The notes beneath the pieces were generated by a model that worked only from the letters and a program-made list of their open reading frames with translations, searched no databases and was not told the origin of the DNA. Source: Geosiphon pyriformis uo1 (taxonomy: Eukaryota; Fungi; Glomeromycota). From it: a stretch of DNA of 64,000 nt. Shown here piece by piece: positions 1 to 17,379 of the stretch. Location: positions 213,824-277,823 of the forward strand of contig JAAOMT010000479.1 in NCBI GenBank assembly GCA_016748015.1, read 5' to 3'. Position 1 is the stretch's first letter; the number at the start of each line of letters is the position of its first letter. The translations under genes were made by a program, and so were the position numbers.

Positions 1-473
1 GGGTTTCTACGAAAAAGGAAAGACTAGTTTATTCTGTTTTGTTCAAATAATGAATGCTCCATTTTATATAGATATTCTTCTTAACCACTTACCTGAAATT
101 AGAGTAATGCTGAGGAATAATTGGCGATTCCAACAAGATAATGACCCCAAGCATACTAGCAAACTTGCCAAAGAATTTATTGCTAAGAACAAAACTGAAT
201 TGTTGGGGTGGCTATCTAATAGTCCCAACTTAAACTCAATAGAAAACCTTTGGGCTATTGTTCCTGAATCTACCTTAATTGGTTTAGTAGGATCAATGAG
301 GCAGCGTTGTGAAATGATAATTGAGACAAATGGTGAAAGAATTTCCTATTAATTTTTTTTAATAAAATTATATGGTATTTGACTTTCTAATAAAAGTTGT
401 TTTATGTAATTTGGTACATTAGTTAAGACATAGTAATTATTTTTATATTTCCGATTTTTTTCTTACCAGACTG
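1..473 (+). mobile_element. Tc1/mariner DNA transposon, 3' end (truncated DDE transposase plus right terminus)
   Basis: ORF 50-352 has WRFQQDNDPKHTSK and WLSNSPNLNSIENLW (Tc1 DD34E motifs, with an apparent deletion after ENLWAI). The sequence ends ...CAGACTG followed by TA at 474-475, i.e. a CAGT terminus plus TA target site. Confidence 0.85.
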
Positions 474-498
474 TAGTTCTCAAATATCTACGTAATTA

Positions 499-500
<2 letters not shown>

Positions 501-536
<36 letters not shown>
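501..536. repeat. (TTA)n microsatellite
   Basis: About 12 TTA units seen directly. Confidence 0.95.
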
Positions 537-537
<1 letters not shown>

Positions 538-1818
538 GATCTAAAGTGACGCGTATTTGAAATTTTTTCTTTTAATTACCTTTTTCAGTAATAAAGCGTA
601 TGAATTTTAATATATATAATTAATTAAATTATCCTTATTCTTATTCTTATTTTTAGCATGATTATAATACAATTTATTAATATTTATAAATAGAACCGAA
701 AAGGAAATTAAAAGATATATAATACCATATATGAATTTATTTTCCATAACAGATATTTAAAAATGAATCAATAAAACATGCGTAATTTTCTCGGGAAGAA
801 AAAAAAAAGTTTCCTTTCAAAATGTGAACTGGAGAATTTTTTTAGAATTTTTAAATACTAAATTTTTTCATTACCACTTGTATCCGGTTACTAGAATCGT
901 ATGACAAACAACCAAAAAAATTAAATAAGATTATTTAAAAAAGAATTTCAGATTTTTTTTATTTGGTGCAAAAAAGATTTAATATTTCTAGTATTTTTTT
1001 CTCTTAAATCTTTATAAATAAAAATTTTAAATAACAATGTAGGGGGTCAAACATCGAAAAAACATGTAAAAAAAAAAAGTAAATTAATTTTTTTCGGGTA
1101 TCCAATATTTTTGTTCAATTGTTGTTCCGCATCGATTTTTTTAAAAAAGAGGTTTTTATGATGAAAAACCCTTTTTTTTTTTAAAAAATTAAAAAATTTT
1201 CCGTTTCGGATTCTATTTGATGTCTATTAAATTTGCTGACTGTTTTTTTTTTTTTTAGCGGCAAAATAAAACATTTAATCTGAATTTGATTCCTTTCTGA
1301 AACTCAAAAAGCATTTCTTAACATCTAAATTTTTGTTGTGTTTGCCATAAAATAAATTATGATTTTCAGTAAACTATTTTTGATTTCAAAAGGACCAAGA
1401 TTTTTGAATAAACACAAATTTATTCCTCATAAAATTATTCTTGATTTAATTCAAATATTAGTAAATTCGTAAAAATTACATGGTTAACACTTCATATAGA
1501 TATATTCATGAATATTTTGTTCCTTTATCTCTCTTTTTATTTACATGTTGAAAGAGTTATTGACCGCTTAATTATAATAACCAATATAACCCAATCACTA
1601 ATTGAAAATTATACCACATCCAAAGTTGTGAGGGAAATAAATTCGTTTTATTTAAAAAAAATTATTCGTTGTAAAAAAAAAACTAATATCTCTTCAAAAA
1701 ATACTAGTTTTAACATCGTGAAAGTAATAAGAAAGCCGATAATTTTAAAGATACCTAAACCTAATTGAAATTAAAAAATTCCTTTTATCAATTGTAAATT
1801 AGTCCACAAATCTTTTTT

Positions 1819-2386
1819 TTATTGGACAGTAATCTTCTTCTTGCCGGCATTTTCAGCCTTAGGAATCTTAACTTCCAAGACGCCATGCTCAAATTTAGCG
1901 GTAATATCTTCCGATTTGACATTCGATGGCAAGGAAATCGCACGTGAGTAGCTACCGTAACGACGTTCTTGGACATGGGTATTTCCCTCTTTATACTTTT
2001 GATCTTGCTTCGACTCGCCGGAAATATGGAGAACATTGTCACGTACGTCAACGTTTACATTCTCTTTTGGGACACCCTATTTGATGGGAATTTAAGAAAG
2101 ATAAAAGTTTTTAAGTATCGAAAATTGATCATCTAAAAAGAGAAATTTAATCAAAGATTTGAGTTCTACTTACAGGTATTTCGGCGTTCACAACATATTC
2201 CTTTTCAGTTTCATGAAGATCAATAGCTGGTGACCATGTTGTTTGTGAGGAACCACCACGACTACTTGAACGAATACTACCACCGCGTTTTGCCGTATTC
2301 AAGTCGCTAAAGAAATTGTCAAAGACACGACCAATCTGATTTTCGAATTGTCGAATTTCTGGATCGCCAGCAAAGTAGAGAGACAT
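1819..2386 (-). CDS. Small heat-shock protein (Hsp20/alpha-crystallin), 2 exons (2386-2174, 2076-1819)
   Basis: Splicing the GT-AG intron 2173-2077 gives WSPAIDLHETEKEYVVNAEIP-GVPKENVNVDVRDNVLHISGE...ERRYGSYSRAISLP...AKFEHGVLEVKIPK. Confidence 0.95.
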
Positions 2387-2427
2387 TTTTTATCGAATTT
2401 TACTTGAATGAAATTGTTGGGAAAAAG

Positions 2428-2450
2428 TTGTTGTTGTTGTTGTTGTTGTT
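2428..2450. repeat. (GTT)n/(AAC)n microsatellite upstream of the Hsp20 start codon
   Basis: Seen directly. Confidence 0.85.
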
Positions 2451-2524
2451 GCTTTAAATATGCTTTTGAATCGCTCTTTTCGATTTTTGTTAAAGTTGGG
2501 AGAATAATGCGTTTTACCGGTTTC

Positions 2525-2730
2525 TATTTATAATAAATGGCTTTTAAGAAACTTGAAATATGCTACATCGTTCCAGATTTTTCGAAATTGATAATTTATG
2601 ATCATCATCATGACTTAATTGGGTTGACAATTGTTTTTCTACAACACTCTACAAAATACGATATGATTGGATAATTTTCCAATATGTTTGAGAAACTTGT
2701 GGAAAACTCACGCGTATTCTTGAACTTTCT
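2525..2730 (-). promoter_or_regulatory. Hsp20 promoter: TATA box and heat-shock element
   Basis: TATAAATA on the minus strand at 2525-2532. Perfect three-unit HSE TTC-tt-GAA-ct-TTC at 2717-2729 and an imperfect HSE near 2572-2590. Confidence 0.65.
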
Positions 2731-3093
2731 TTAGAAATGATCAGTCTTTGCTCTTTATTATCAATTTACTGCTTATTTTATAAACTCACTTTATTCATTA
2801 TAGTCAACGATTTTATCATCAATTTAACTAGATATTTGGCTCATAAAGACCAATTATGAAATTTTTTTGAGACTTCACAATAGAATTGACATTTCATAAT
2901 TTTAATAATAGTTAAACAGATGAAAATTTCGTTCTTGAATCTCAAATGCAGATTATTTAAACCTAAATGAAAGCTTGTAATCGTTGTTAATTTGTGTCAT
3001 TTGGTTTTCAATTAGCTTCCTGAGCGTTTCCATTTTTGGCGAAAATTGATTTCTAATTTAAAAACCAACTTTAATAATAAACTAAAAATTCTC

Positions 3094-4653
3094 TTAATCA
3101 GCATGAGACAAAGCTAAACAATTTTCAAGATGATTCCACTGTTCAGGACTCAAAGCTATATCCTGATATTTTTGCTTCAGATCAGGAAGTAAGAGTCTTA
3201 ATTCCTCTATTTCGTCATCGTCAAAGGAAATTGAGGAGCGAAGCAAGGCGAGCAATGTAGAGAATATCTAGGTTTTTATAAGTGAAACATAGGTATCAGT
3301 CTTGAAGAAATAGACACTCCAAGATCGAACGGACAAACCTTGTCGGTCAAATCATCGTCCTGATCCCCATATTTATTGAGTATTTTGATCATTTGTTTTA
3401 GTAAACCTTTTTCTTCCATTCGTGAGGCGACACTTTTAGAATCTTGTTTAAGTAAAGTTTCAAGTAGGAATGTTGTTTTCCTAAGCATTGGTATGTCTTG
3501 AAAAATGATAGAAAACTGTTAGATTTATTTTGAAAATAAAGTTTGTTGATTCTCGTTCCTATCGAGATATTTTACCATCTGACGTCTGCAATAATTTTAA
3601 TAAGGCTTCGTAACCTTCTCCTTGATCAAATAGATCGAGCCCTTCCTGATAATGCTTTATGGCGCCTAAAACAGCCAAAAATACGACAATGATTATCCTC
3701 GATGCGTAAAAAATTTATATCATCCATTATTATCGAAACTGACCAGAAATAGCATACAAAGCCTTGCTTCTAACTTCAACTTCTTCTTGCTCATTTTTTA
3801 GCAAATCAATGGTTGCTCTCAAACCTCCCGCTTGGGCAAACTAATAATAAAAGATTTTTCAATATCATATTCAAATTGATATCTCATAAATAACGTTTGT
3901 CCAATACAGGTAATATTTAGCGCTTACCGCTTTCTGAGCCCTGATATTATTTTGTACGGCAGTCCCACAAACCCATAATGCATGTACGCGCAGTGAGGCA
4001 ACCGGGAGGGAAAGGAAGGAGATAATTTGGGGCCAGAGTTTCATGTTCTCGAGGTCTTTATGATGTCCCAAACACCATCAGAAGGATATTGATCATGAAT
4101 AATCAGAACTTTGCAAATTAAGTGGGAATACCTATAGCGTTATCAATCTGTTGCACGATCTATCAAAAAGACCAAAATTACTATATTAGAAGAAAGTCGG
4201 ATCAAAGAAAGAATGATTCTTTGTGAATATTGTTTTTACTACCATTTCCAAATTATCGAATGCAATTTCTTTATTTTCCAAGGTCTCTTGGGGATCAGAT
4301 ATTAATTGAACAATTTCTTTTGTGAATTCGGATAAATGCATAGCATTGAAAAAAAGATATTAGAGTTTGGAGTAATTTGCCGTGATGGATAATGTTGGAT
4401 CACAAGTGAGCACCTTTCATTTTAACAGCATCGGATTTTCCTAATATTACATCAATGATTCCTGAATCCTAAAACCCAGTCATATAAAAATAAGAAAGTG
4501 ATAAGTTGATCAAAGAGAAATCATGGCAGTAAAAGTGCGAGAAATACAAACGATCTTTGGTGTTTCCCTTTGTTTTTCATTGCTATCAGACCGCGGGGTC
4601 TCAGTACCAGTACTGGTGCTATTTGAAATGCCCCACTGCAAAAGTTTTTCCAT
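3094..4653 (-). CDS. FES1: Hsp70 nucleotide-exchange factor Fes1/HspBP1 (multi-exon)
   Basis: Spliced reading MEKLLQWGISNS...ENKEIAFDNLEM...IDNA..DLENMKLWPQII...ALWVCGTAVQNNIRAQKA...VRSKALYAIS, the Fes1 ARM-repeat signature. Confidence 0.92.
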
Positions 4654-5055
4654 AAGTTTTTAATTTCGTAAAGGCTACTATAGAAAACTCCAAGTTTTTG
4701 ATCTTTTATTTGAATTGAGACGCGAAAGGGTGGAAAATAGACACGTTAATTCTTGCCTAGAATATACTAGAAAAATATCAGTCATAAAAAATAAAGGGAC
4801 AGACGATACACAAAACTAGCCAAAAAAGGAAGCTACTTCAACATCTACGCTAGGCTCGTGCACTATTTGTTGTGTACTAGCTCATGCAACGTCAATCATT
4901 GGTTTCATTGGTTGTGTTGAAGGGAAGATAACACATAATATATTGTTTTGGGCGTTGTGGCTTTAAAAATGTGGGTAACACGAACAAAGATTCAAAGAAA
5001 TTCAAGACCAAAGAACAAATAAAAATGGATTTCAACCCATTCGCGAAACTCTGCG

Positions 5056-8452
<3,397 letters not shown>

Positions 8453-8958
8453 ACAATGAAAGAATAAGTGCGACCTTTTTACAAGAGTTAAACTTTTAAT
8501 TAGACCACTTTGGAATTTGATAGGTAATAAGAATCTTGTCAAATTAATGAGAGTGTTAGCTATTTTATTTATTTCTTAATAAGCTAATATTTCAATACAC
8601 TGCAATTATTGGTCTATATAACTTTTCCTCCTTAATTCATAACTTTTGTCCTCCCTTAATTAATTCTAGTGCTTGAAAATTAGTTTTTTAAAAAATTTTA
8701 ATCAATTTTTACACTATTACTATATATTTCCCTTGGTGAAGTATGGAGCTGAGGTTTTATTTTTCAAATCTGTCCTTTCAAATTCTTAGAAATAGTTCAT
8801 CTTATAATGCACCACTCCTTTTTTCTTTCAAAATTCCTAATAGAGGCTAAAATCGCAGCAAATTAAATTTCATACCTGGACACCACAAATCATTTGGATC
8901 CTCAGGGCAAATTTGGAGCTTATGGATGGCTTTGAGAAACCTCATCTTTACTTTCTAA

Positions 8959-10086
8959 TCAGTATCCAGTGAACACATCTGCAATCCATTCTTTCACCAT
9001 ATTAATTTGGCCTTTTTCAACAGAGAGAGATACAAACTCCACTCGATTCTCTAAATGATCAAACTTAAAATCTTCATTCTCGTAGCCCAAGAATTCTACC
9101 TCCTCTGCTGAATCCTGATGCTCTAGTGCCGCAGTGCGCGTCCCACGCAAATGGGTGCTAAAATAGCGAAAGGATTCTAATTAATTTATAAATTCCTCGC
9201 TAAATATCAAGTGTAATTTTCTTACAGCTCAATCTCCAATGATGTCTGAATTTTCTCGGATGAAAGTGCCGTTACTAAGTCATTTTTGTTACAGAGGATT
9301 AAAACTGGCACCTTTTGCTTGGATACGTGCTTATTTGAGAAAATATCATATAGATATCTGAAATAATTAGGCAGGACGTTATAAAAGTAGTTCCAAAGAG
9401 TGCCAGCTCAGGCTGCAAAGAAATGATGAAACTAATACTCTGCTATCGGACGGTAGTTTTTGACACACGAAGCACTGTCGATGACGAAGATAATTCCGCG
9501 CGTAATCGGTACGAATTCCAAGAATTTGAATCGTAGCCTCTCGTGACCTGGCACATCAACTATATGCACTGGCTCTTTGGTAAGCGGCTCGAACTGTATT
9601 TAAAAACTATTCAATTATAAATTGATTAAACCATTTTTCAAAGAAAAGCCTTACTTCATCAACAATAAATGTGGTAGGGATAAAGTGCCCTTCGTTTTCT
9701 TTCATAGAAGTGTGGGTGGAAACTAGTTCCCCATATCGTAACTGATAAAAAAAGCTCGAAATTAATCACTAAAATTATACCAGAGAAAATATAAAAGCTG
9801 ATTTCAGCAATACCATGGCATATAGCGCTGTTTTCCCTGCGTCAGATAAACCAAGTATAAGAAAGGTGTCATTTCTGATTTTCTTTTTGACAAAGGAAAG
9901 GGTCACTTTTTGAATTGGTCATGAAAAAATAATATGGTGAAAACGTGTGTTAATTTACGGGATTGACAGCCAAACTATGCAACGTCTAGAATGCCACCTT
10001 TATCCCACACCTACAACGATTAAGACCACGACAATAATTACTACCGCTATGGTCACTAGGAAATTATTTAAAATTAAATACGTCAT
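8959..10086 (-). CDS. SRP102: Signal recognition particle receptor beta subunit (multi-exon)
   Basis: N-terminal TM helix (FLVTIAVVIIVVVLIVV), P-loop GLSDAGKT, THTS, VDVPGHERLR, LCNKND and C-terminal FLGYENEDFKFDHL. Confidence 0.9.
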
Positions 10087-10369
10087 GGGTGAAAGATAAT
10101 TTGCAGAAATGGCGACTTTTGAGGTTTTATGAGTTCGCAGAAATCGATGCCTAATCTTACGTGAAGCTATGAGTAAAGGTGAGTAATTTTGTCAAATTTT
10201 GATTGGTAGATCACACAAAATACAATCCTCCGTAACTAGCCGGACCGCTATGTGCAACACATCAAAAATTAAAAAGTTCGAAATGAAAAATCGACAATTT
10301 CTTTGGTCTCGCTTATCATATTCGTCAGGTTACTCCACTCTTCTTTCTTAATAGGTTTTCTAGCGAAAT

Positions 10370-11670
10370 ATGAGTACGGATAAGTCTCTTCCGAAATCTG
10401 CAGTAGAGCCGAGGTTCGGTTCCTTAAAAACCCAAACACAGGTTCCCACTGGTGTCGATTTATATTCTCGCTTTGCTTTCTCTGGTGCGGTCTGTTGCGC
10501 TGTGACCCACGGCGCTTTGACCCCAGGTACGTTTATTATGTAAAGAGTCACCATAACCGAACTTTATTAAAAACTAAGGGTTTTTTTTAGAGGATTTTTT
10601 TGAAGCCCAAAGTTAGATACTGACTCATCAAAATCAATAATTTTTCATCGATTCCTTTACGTAATTTCACAAAAAAAAGTCGATGTCGTGAAAACACGAA
10701 TGCAGCTGGACTCGGCGGTTTACAACAAAGGAATGCTTGATGCTACTCGTCAGATTATCCGTAATGAAGGCCCAGCTGCCCTTGCCACTGGTTTCGGGCC
10801 TACCTTCCTCGGTTATTTTTTGCAAGGAGCATTTAAATTTGGCGGCTACGAGTTGTGGAAAAAGACTATTATTGAAGCTGTCGGTGTAGAAACGGCTACT
10901 GCAAATCGAACCATTGTCTATCTTGGGGCTGCTGGCATAGCAGAGTTCTTTGCAGATATTGTGCTATGTCCATTGGAAGCTACCCGTATCCGTCTAGTAT
11001 CACAGCCTACTTTTGCTAGTGGTCTCGCCAGTGGATTTGCTCGTCTTTATAGAGAAGAAGGGATTATTCGTGGATTCTATTCTGGATTCGGCCCTATCTT
11101 ATTTAAGGTGCTTTGAAGAGATCAATAAGTTTTATATTGTAATAACGCTAGGAAACTCTAGATTTGTTAACACGATTTACATCATTATTCATTATTCAGC
11201 AAATTCCTTACACTATGACCAAGTTTGCAGTTTATGAAAAAGCAGTGGTAAGTATAATTATCATTTACTGTTATATAATACTCTAGTTTCCTGCAAATTT
11301 CTTTAAAAATTTTGTTATTATAATACAGGAAGTAATTTATAACACCATTCCCACCCCTAAAAGTGAACTCTCTGTTTCCACCAACACTGCCATCAATCTT
11401 GGGGCTGGACTTATCTCTGGTCTTGCTGCAGCCGTAGTCTCCCAACCAGCAGATACTTTGCTTTCTAAGATTAACAAGCAAAAGGGCGCAGAGGGATCCA
11501 TTGCATCCCGACTTATTGTGCTCGCAAAAGAATTAGGTCCACGTGGATTGTTCCTGGGCCTTGGTGCTCGTCTTGTTATGGTTGGGACGTTAACAGCCGG
11601 TCAATTTGCCATATATGGTGATATAAAACGCTTACTTGGAGCGACCAACGCTGTTGAACTTGCTCGCTAA
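10370..11670 (+). CDS. MIR1: Mitochondrial phosphate carrier (multi-exon)
   Basis: [82 protein letters not shown]. Confidence 0.95.
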
Positions 11671-12042
11671 AAGAGTCCATCTTAATTAGATTTATAATTA
11701 TTTGATCGATTAAGTCTTGTTTTACACGATGATAGAGAAAAGAGCAGGGAAACGGGTGATTTGATTCTTGAGCTCCTAGTGGGCACATAAAATTTTCGTT
11801 GCGTTGGACTGCAAATGAACGAAATAATTATATCTTTTTTTGTCCTACAGAATCACCGAGTTTTATTCCCATCTTTATAATCTTACAAATTTTATTTATG
11901 TAAATTTATCTTTCTGAAATTATATCACTAGAGTTTTTATATTTTCAAAAGGCTCTATTGTGAGCGTCACTTCAATAAAATGAGAGGAAATTCACCTGTG
12001 AGATAATAATGAAAAAATTTGAAATTTGCATTATGTTACTAT

Positions 12043-12690
12043 TGTTACGGTTGAAAACCATAGTTTTTATTAATTATCACATGTATTAGCCACTAATGTC
12101 ATATAATTAACCACCCTATTTTTAGAAACTGATCATTGACCTAGTTGCTAATCTGGTCATTGACCACTTTGAATAGCTATATAAGTAATGTATCTCTTAG
12201 CTGTAAAAAGACATGTTTTCAACATATTTGACATATACAAATAAAATTTATAAAAATCACTTTTAAATATCCAATTCTTTCCAATTCACTTATTTCTTTT
12301 TTATAATTTTTTCAAGTATTTAAATATCTGTGGATAAAAGATTACTTGTTGGGATTTATTTATAACTGTTAGTCTTAAAGATTATTGAATAAATGTTATT
12401 AAAAAATACAATTAATATCTAATATTGAATTTTAAAAGTGCTAATATAAAGCATAGAATTATATTAATATGTTATTTTTTGTTAATATTATGAACTATTT
12501 CTTTACTTTCAAATTTTTGTTACTTTTAAAAAAAATAACAATTGAAATATTTATAAAACTGATTTTATATATTGAATTTATACAAATTTAATTTGTTCTT
12601 TAAAGTTAAATTTTTCTTTAATTAATTTTATTATTATACAATTTTGTTCTATTTTGTTATTTATTAGCTTGTTAGTTTAATTTATAACAC
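12043..12690 (+). repeat. Left terminal inverted repeat
   Basis: tgttacggttgaaaaccatagtttttattaattatcacatgtattagcca... matches the right TIR reverse complement. Confidence 0.85.
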
Positions 12691-13522
12691 TATTATTAAG
12701 CAATGGTTTTTTTTAAGTTATAATAATATTTTCTTTTTGTATTTATTTATAATTAATTTTTTTGCTTTAATAAATGTAATTTTATAACTTTTTAAATTTA
12801 AATTGTTTTTATTTTTTTATGTATATTGTATTGTTGTTATTAATAATATAAAATTTTTATTTATATTATATATATTTTATTAATTTTTGTATATATATTA
12901 ATTAATTTTATATGTATATTAATACAGAAATTTTTTTTATTAATTTTACAAGTAAGATTTAAATACTATCTAGTACAATACATTAAATTATGTATTTACT
13001 ACATATAACTAGTATTATTTATAAAAAAAAAGTACAAAAAAAATATAAAAAAAATAGATTATAAAATAAATTAATAGGAGAATAATACTTAATAAGTAAA
13101 CATATTTTTAGGAAATTATGACACATTTTTAGAAAATAGTATAAAAAAAGAGTAAAAATATATAAAATCTTATATAATTTAAATTATATATATAGCAAGA
13201 GTATTAAAAGCAAAAAAGACAGAACAGTAGCTAAAAATATGTAATTATTAAATATTTTTTTCTTCAAAAAATAGTTTTTTATAATTTAAAATAGAATCAT
13301 ATCTATATTAATAAAAATACTTATTATTATTTAATTTATGTTTTTATTGTTTAATTAAGAAATATTAATTATTATTATTTTTTTTTTGTTGTTTATTAAT
13401 TAATTAAAAGATTAAATATTAAGTAATTAATATTAAAAATAATTTGATAAAAGATTTATAAAACAAGAATAAAAAATTTAAGAATAGCTTACCAAAAAGA
13501 CATAACTGTTAGAATAAACTGG

Positions 13523-14351
13523 TGTTATTCATAGAATATAGGAAGTATATTAGCATAAAAATTAACCAATCAGAAGTAGCCATAGTAAATGTGGAATTCC
13601 AGAATTTCTTTTAGAGAAATTGTAAGATTTCAAGAATTTCAGGATTTTCATATAAGAAATTGCAGGATTCCAGAATTCCAGGATTCCTGGTGTGAAGAAT
13701 CAAAAAATTAAGGAATCTCAATTATGTATATATAGCAATAATATTAGAAGTAAAAAAGACAGATCTCTCAGTTTAAATTTAATCTAAACAACTTTCCATT
13801 CACAAATATCAATAAATAATTATTCACTATTTCCATCTACTCTTCATTATCAACATTTTATGTTGATAATAATTAATACTTAATCACTTTGGAACAATAG
13901 CTCTTGATCATGGCTATTGATGAGATACTAATATTTATTGTCTTGACTTATTTCTTCATTCTCTTTCTTTTATTTTATTTGCATGTCTTTTTGTTATTTT
14001 CTTTGTTTTGTTTTATTAATTGATTAAAAAGAAAAGTGCTGAATTATTGATGTCAAAAATAGCCTGGTAAAAGACCTCAAAAGAAGGGTATAACATTAAG
14101 AATTTAAGGATAGCTTACCAAAAGAGCATTTCTGTTAGATTATTGGCCATTATGTTGAAAAAAAAATTCGATAGAATTGTGATTCTGAGAGGCTATTAAA
14201 AAGACACCAAATAAATCTCTGTTCATTATACAAAGAACTTAACCAAAACTTTCAGATAAATCATAATTTTAGATTAACACTATTATATCAATTAAGCACC
14301 AAGTTACAGGTTTGTTATTTGATTTAAGACTCCAAATAATCACCTATAACA
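13523..14351 (+). repeat. 5' LTR of element A
   Basis: Direct repeat of 22674-23542. Confidence 0.92.
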
Positions 14352-14403
14352 TTTATGAAGTATAATCTTACAGAGAATCAGCACCAACAACAATCATTCA
14401 AAA

Positions 14404-17328
14404 GTGGCAGAATCAGAAATCATAGGAACCAATCACTTAGGATTTGCCAAATTTTTGTTTCAACAGTACAGCCAACAGTTAGGATTAAACAATAACCATT
14501 TTCTAGCAGAATTAGCCTTCAACTTTTATGTCAATAATAAAATCACAGACTGCTTAGGAGGAACAGTTAATATTGAATCTGCAAAGGAAAATTTCTATAC
14601 AGAATTGTTTCAACATACTAGTTTACCAAGAAACTACAGTTTTGCACCAATTATTAAAGAAATCAATCAAACCATTGAAGGATATACCCAACAACAATTC
14701 CCTATTACTTACGCAGACAAAGGCAAAAGAAGATTACAAACACCAGTGATAACACCCAAAAAGATACAACCACTCACTTGAAAAAAAACCAGAGTTGAAT
14801 CACCAACCAATCTATTATATTATTATACACTAAGAAGTGCCATCAATATCTCCTCAGCAGACACATTCACATTAAACACAACATTAATCTTTGGACAATT
14901 CTTATTTCAAAGTAAACAAAAAAGAGCAGAGTTATTAGGACCATATGGTAAATATTTTAAAAGATTTAAATTGTAATCACCAACATCATCAGGATTTCGA
15001 TCACTACCATCTCAACCAGATTTCGGAACTGCAGGTCTATGAGAAGTAACTGAATCAGAAGAAGAAGAAGAAGAGAATCAGAAATTTAATTATCAAAACC
15101 TGATCCCAGAAAACCCAGAAATTGAAAACCCAAACAATCCAAACCCTGATAATATTAATTAGCAAAATCAGAACAATCAAAATCCCAATTTAATTAATCA
15201 ACTGAACATACTTTCAGAAATTATCATCAATTAGCCACCCTTTAAGCTGATTCAGCAACCACTCCAACAACAACAACTTCAACAACCACTAGCATAATAG
15301 CAACAACTGATCATGCAAATGGCATATGCACCAATCACCAAACTTGAAAAATTTACTGGTGAAGAAAATAATACTCAGATTTGGCTTAATGATGTTACCA
15401 AAACAATCACTGCTAACAATTGGGATGACACCAGAGCCCTACAGGCTATCCCATATTTTTTGCAAGATACCACCAATTCATGGTATCAAAGCTTGATCAA
15501 CAAACTTGTCATCTTTGATGCATTTAAAACAGAGTTTTTGAGATATTTTAGCAATAATAATAGCATTAATTGCTTAACCAACACTTTTACCACTATTAAA
15601 CAAAGAGAAAATGAAGCAGTTACCACTTACTTGGGATGTTTTTACAGAAATCTGTGTTAAATTTAGGCCATACAGACTGATTATTTCACAGTACCACAGA
15701 TTTTAAATTAATTCATCAGAGGCCTACACAGTAACATCCTTCAACATATGTGTTTATTGCATCCAGCAGATTTTCAAGCTGTCATTACAAATGCCAGAGA
15801 TTTTGAAGCCACTGAATTAGAAACCAACTATGTTCAAGCAGTAAATCTAGTAATGAATAGATTATCTGACTTGAACTCCAAATTGAAGCAATTCAGTAAA
15901 TCAATCAATCAATCAGAAATTAGAGAGATACTTAGCTAACACCAGTCAAGCCATTTATCAATCTCCACAATGATGCAACAATCAGGGAAATAGAAATTGC
16001 TTCCAAAATCAGTCACATCTAGCATCATCCTTGACCAATCAACAGTGGCAGCAGGAAATGCATGTATACTACTATTGTGGTAAACAAGGACATTTACAGT
16101 TTGAATGCTGTAAATGACTAAGTAAACAATGATTAGGCTATTAGTATCAAAACTCCAATTACCAAATCCAAACTCAAAATTATGTTAGTAATTAATCACA
16201 AAAGTCTTATTAATATCAATTATCTTATGTTCAAATGACTCCACCAATGTATTAAGCACCAATAATACAGCAATTATACTTACTTCCAATATATCAACTG
16301 GCAATACTCATAATCTATCAACCACTACAGTCTCAAATAATATATCAACCCCAACAAATTTCAATACTACCATCAAATTTAGCTCAAATAACATCAGGAA
16401 ACCCTAGATTAAGGGTTACTCAAAACTGGAGATTGGCAATAGTTGTTCACCAACTGATTTTTAGCTCCTTAAACCAGTCATTGGGATCATGCCAGCAGAG
16501 TTCAGGAACTGGGTACACACCAAATCCGAGTTCTCAGAACTATTTAAGCCTTCTAGTAACTCCAGAAGATGCTTTATTTAACAAAACAGAACCCAATCAA
16601 AGTAAACCACTTATCAGCAACATTTCACTAGCTACCATTATGGAAGACGAGTTACTTGCAGCTATATTTCCTTTCAAAATAAAAAAACTATCAAAAACTC
16701 TTTTGTTCAATGGAACTGCACTTGAAGAAAAACTTATTACCATGATGTATACTAATGCCAAAGTTAATGGCCACTTCATTAAACTAATCCTCAATAGTGG
16801 ATCAGCTGGCAGCATCATCACAAGACAACTTATGAACCAATTAGGTCACCAAGTTGATTAAGCTGTTAGTGTAAGAATCATCATAGCAGATGGAGCAACT
16901 AAAACTCCAATTGGCAAAATTGATGACTTTCCCATTGAAGTCAATGATATTATAATACCAATTAAGATACTAGTCATAAAAGCCACCCAATACTAAGCAC
17001 TTATTGATAACAACTGACTGTCCAAAACTAACATGATACTTAATTGGACTACCCAAGAACTCCAGCTAAGTCAGAATGGCCAACATACAAAAGTACTAGC
17101 TTTATGTGGCCACTTCAAACCAACCACCATATAACTACTAATTGAACTAGAAGAAGAGGAAACTAAACCCATCTGGGAAGCTTATTAAGTTTCTTGAATT
17201 GACAAGAATCACAATAAGCTGCTGCCAGTATCTTCATGAAATGATTAAGAAAAAGAAAAAAGAAGAACTTATTTGGAATGCTGACCCAGACAAACCATCA
17301 ACTTAGGAGTGGGAAGAAAACACCAAAG

Positions 17329-17379
<51 letters not shown>

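Noticed and set aside
1788-2051. 87-aa ORF on the minus strand
   Set aside because: It is an alternative frame over Hsp20 exon 2. The spliced frame gives the alpha-crystallin domain.
13590-13690. Short repeats resembling a CRISPR array
   Set aside because: There are no unique spacers or cas genes, and the repeats are duplicated as part of LTRs.
17327-17378. Long poly(A) as a retroposed insertion
   Set aside because: It lies in an A-rich Lys/Glu-type linker with no TSD. G>A erosion, slippage or an assembly homopolymer is more likely.
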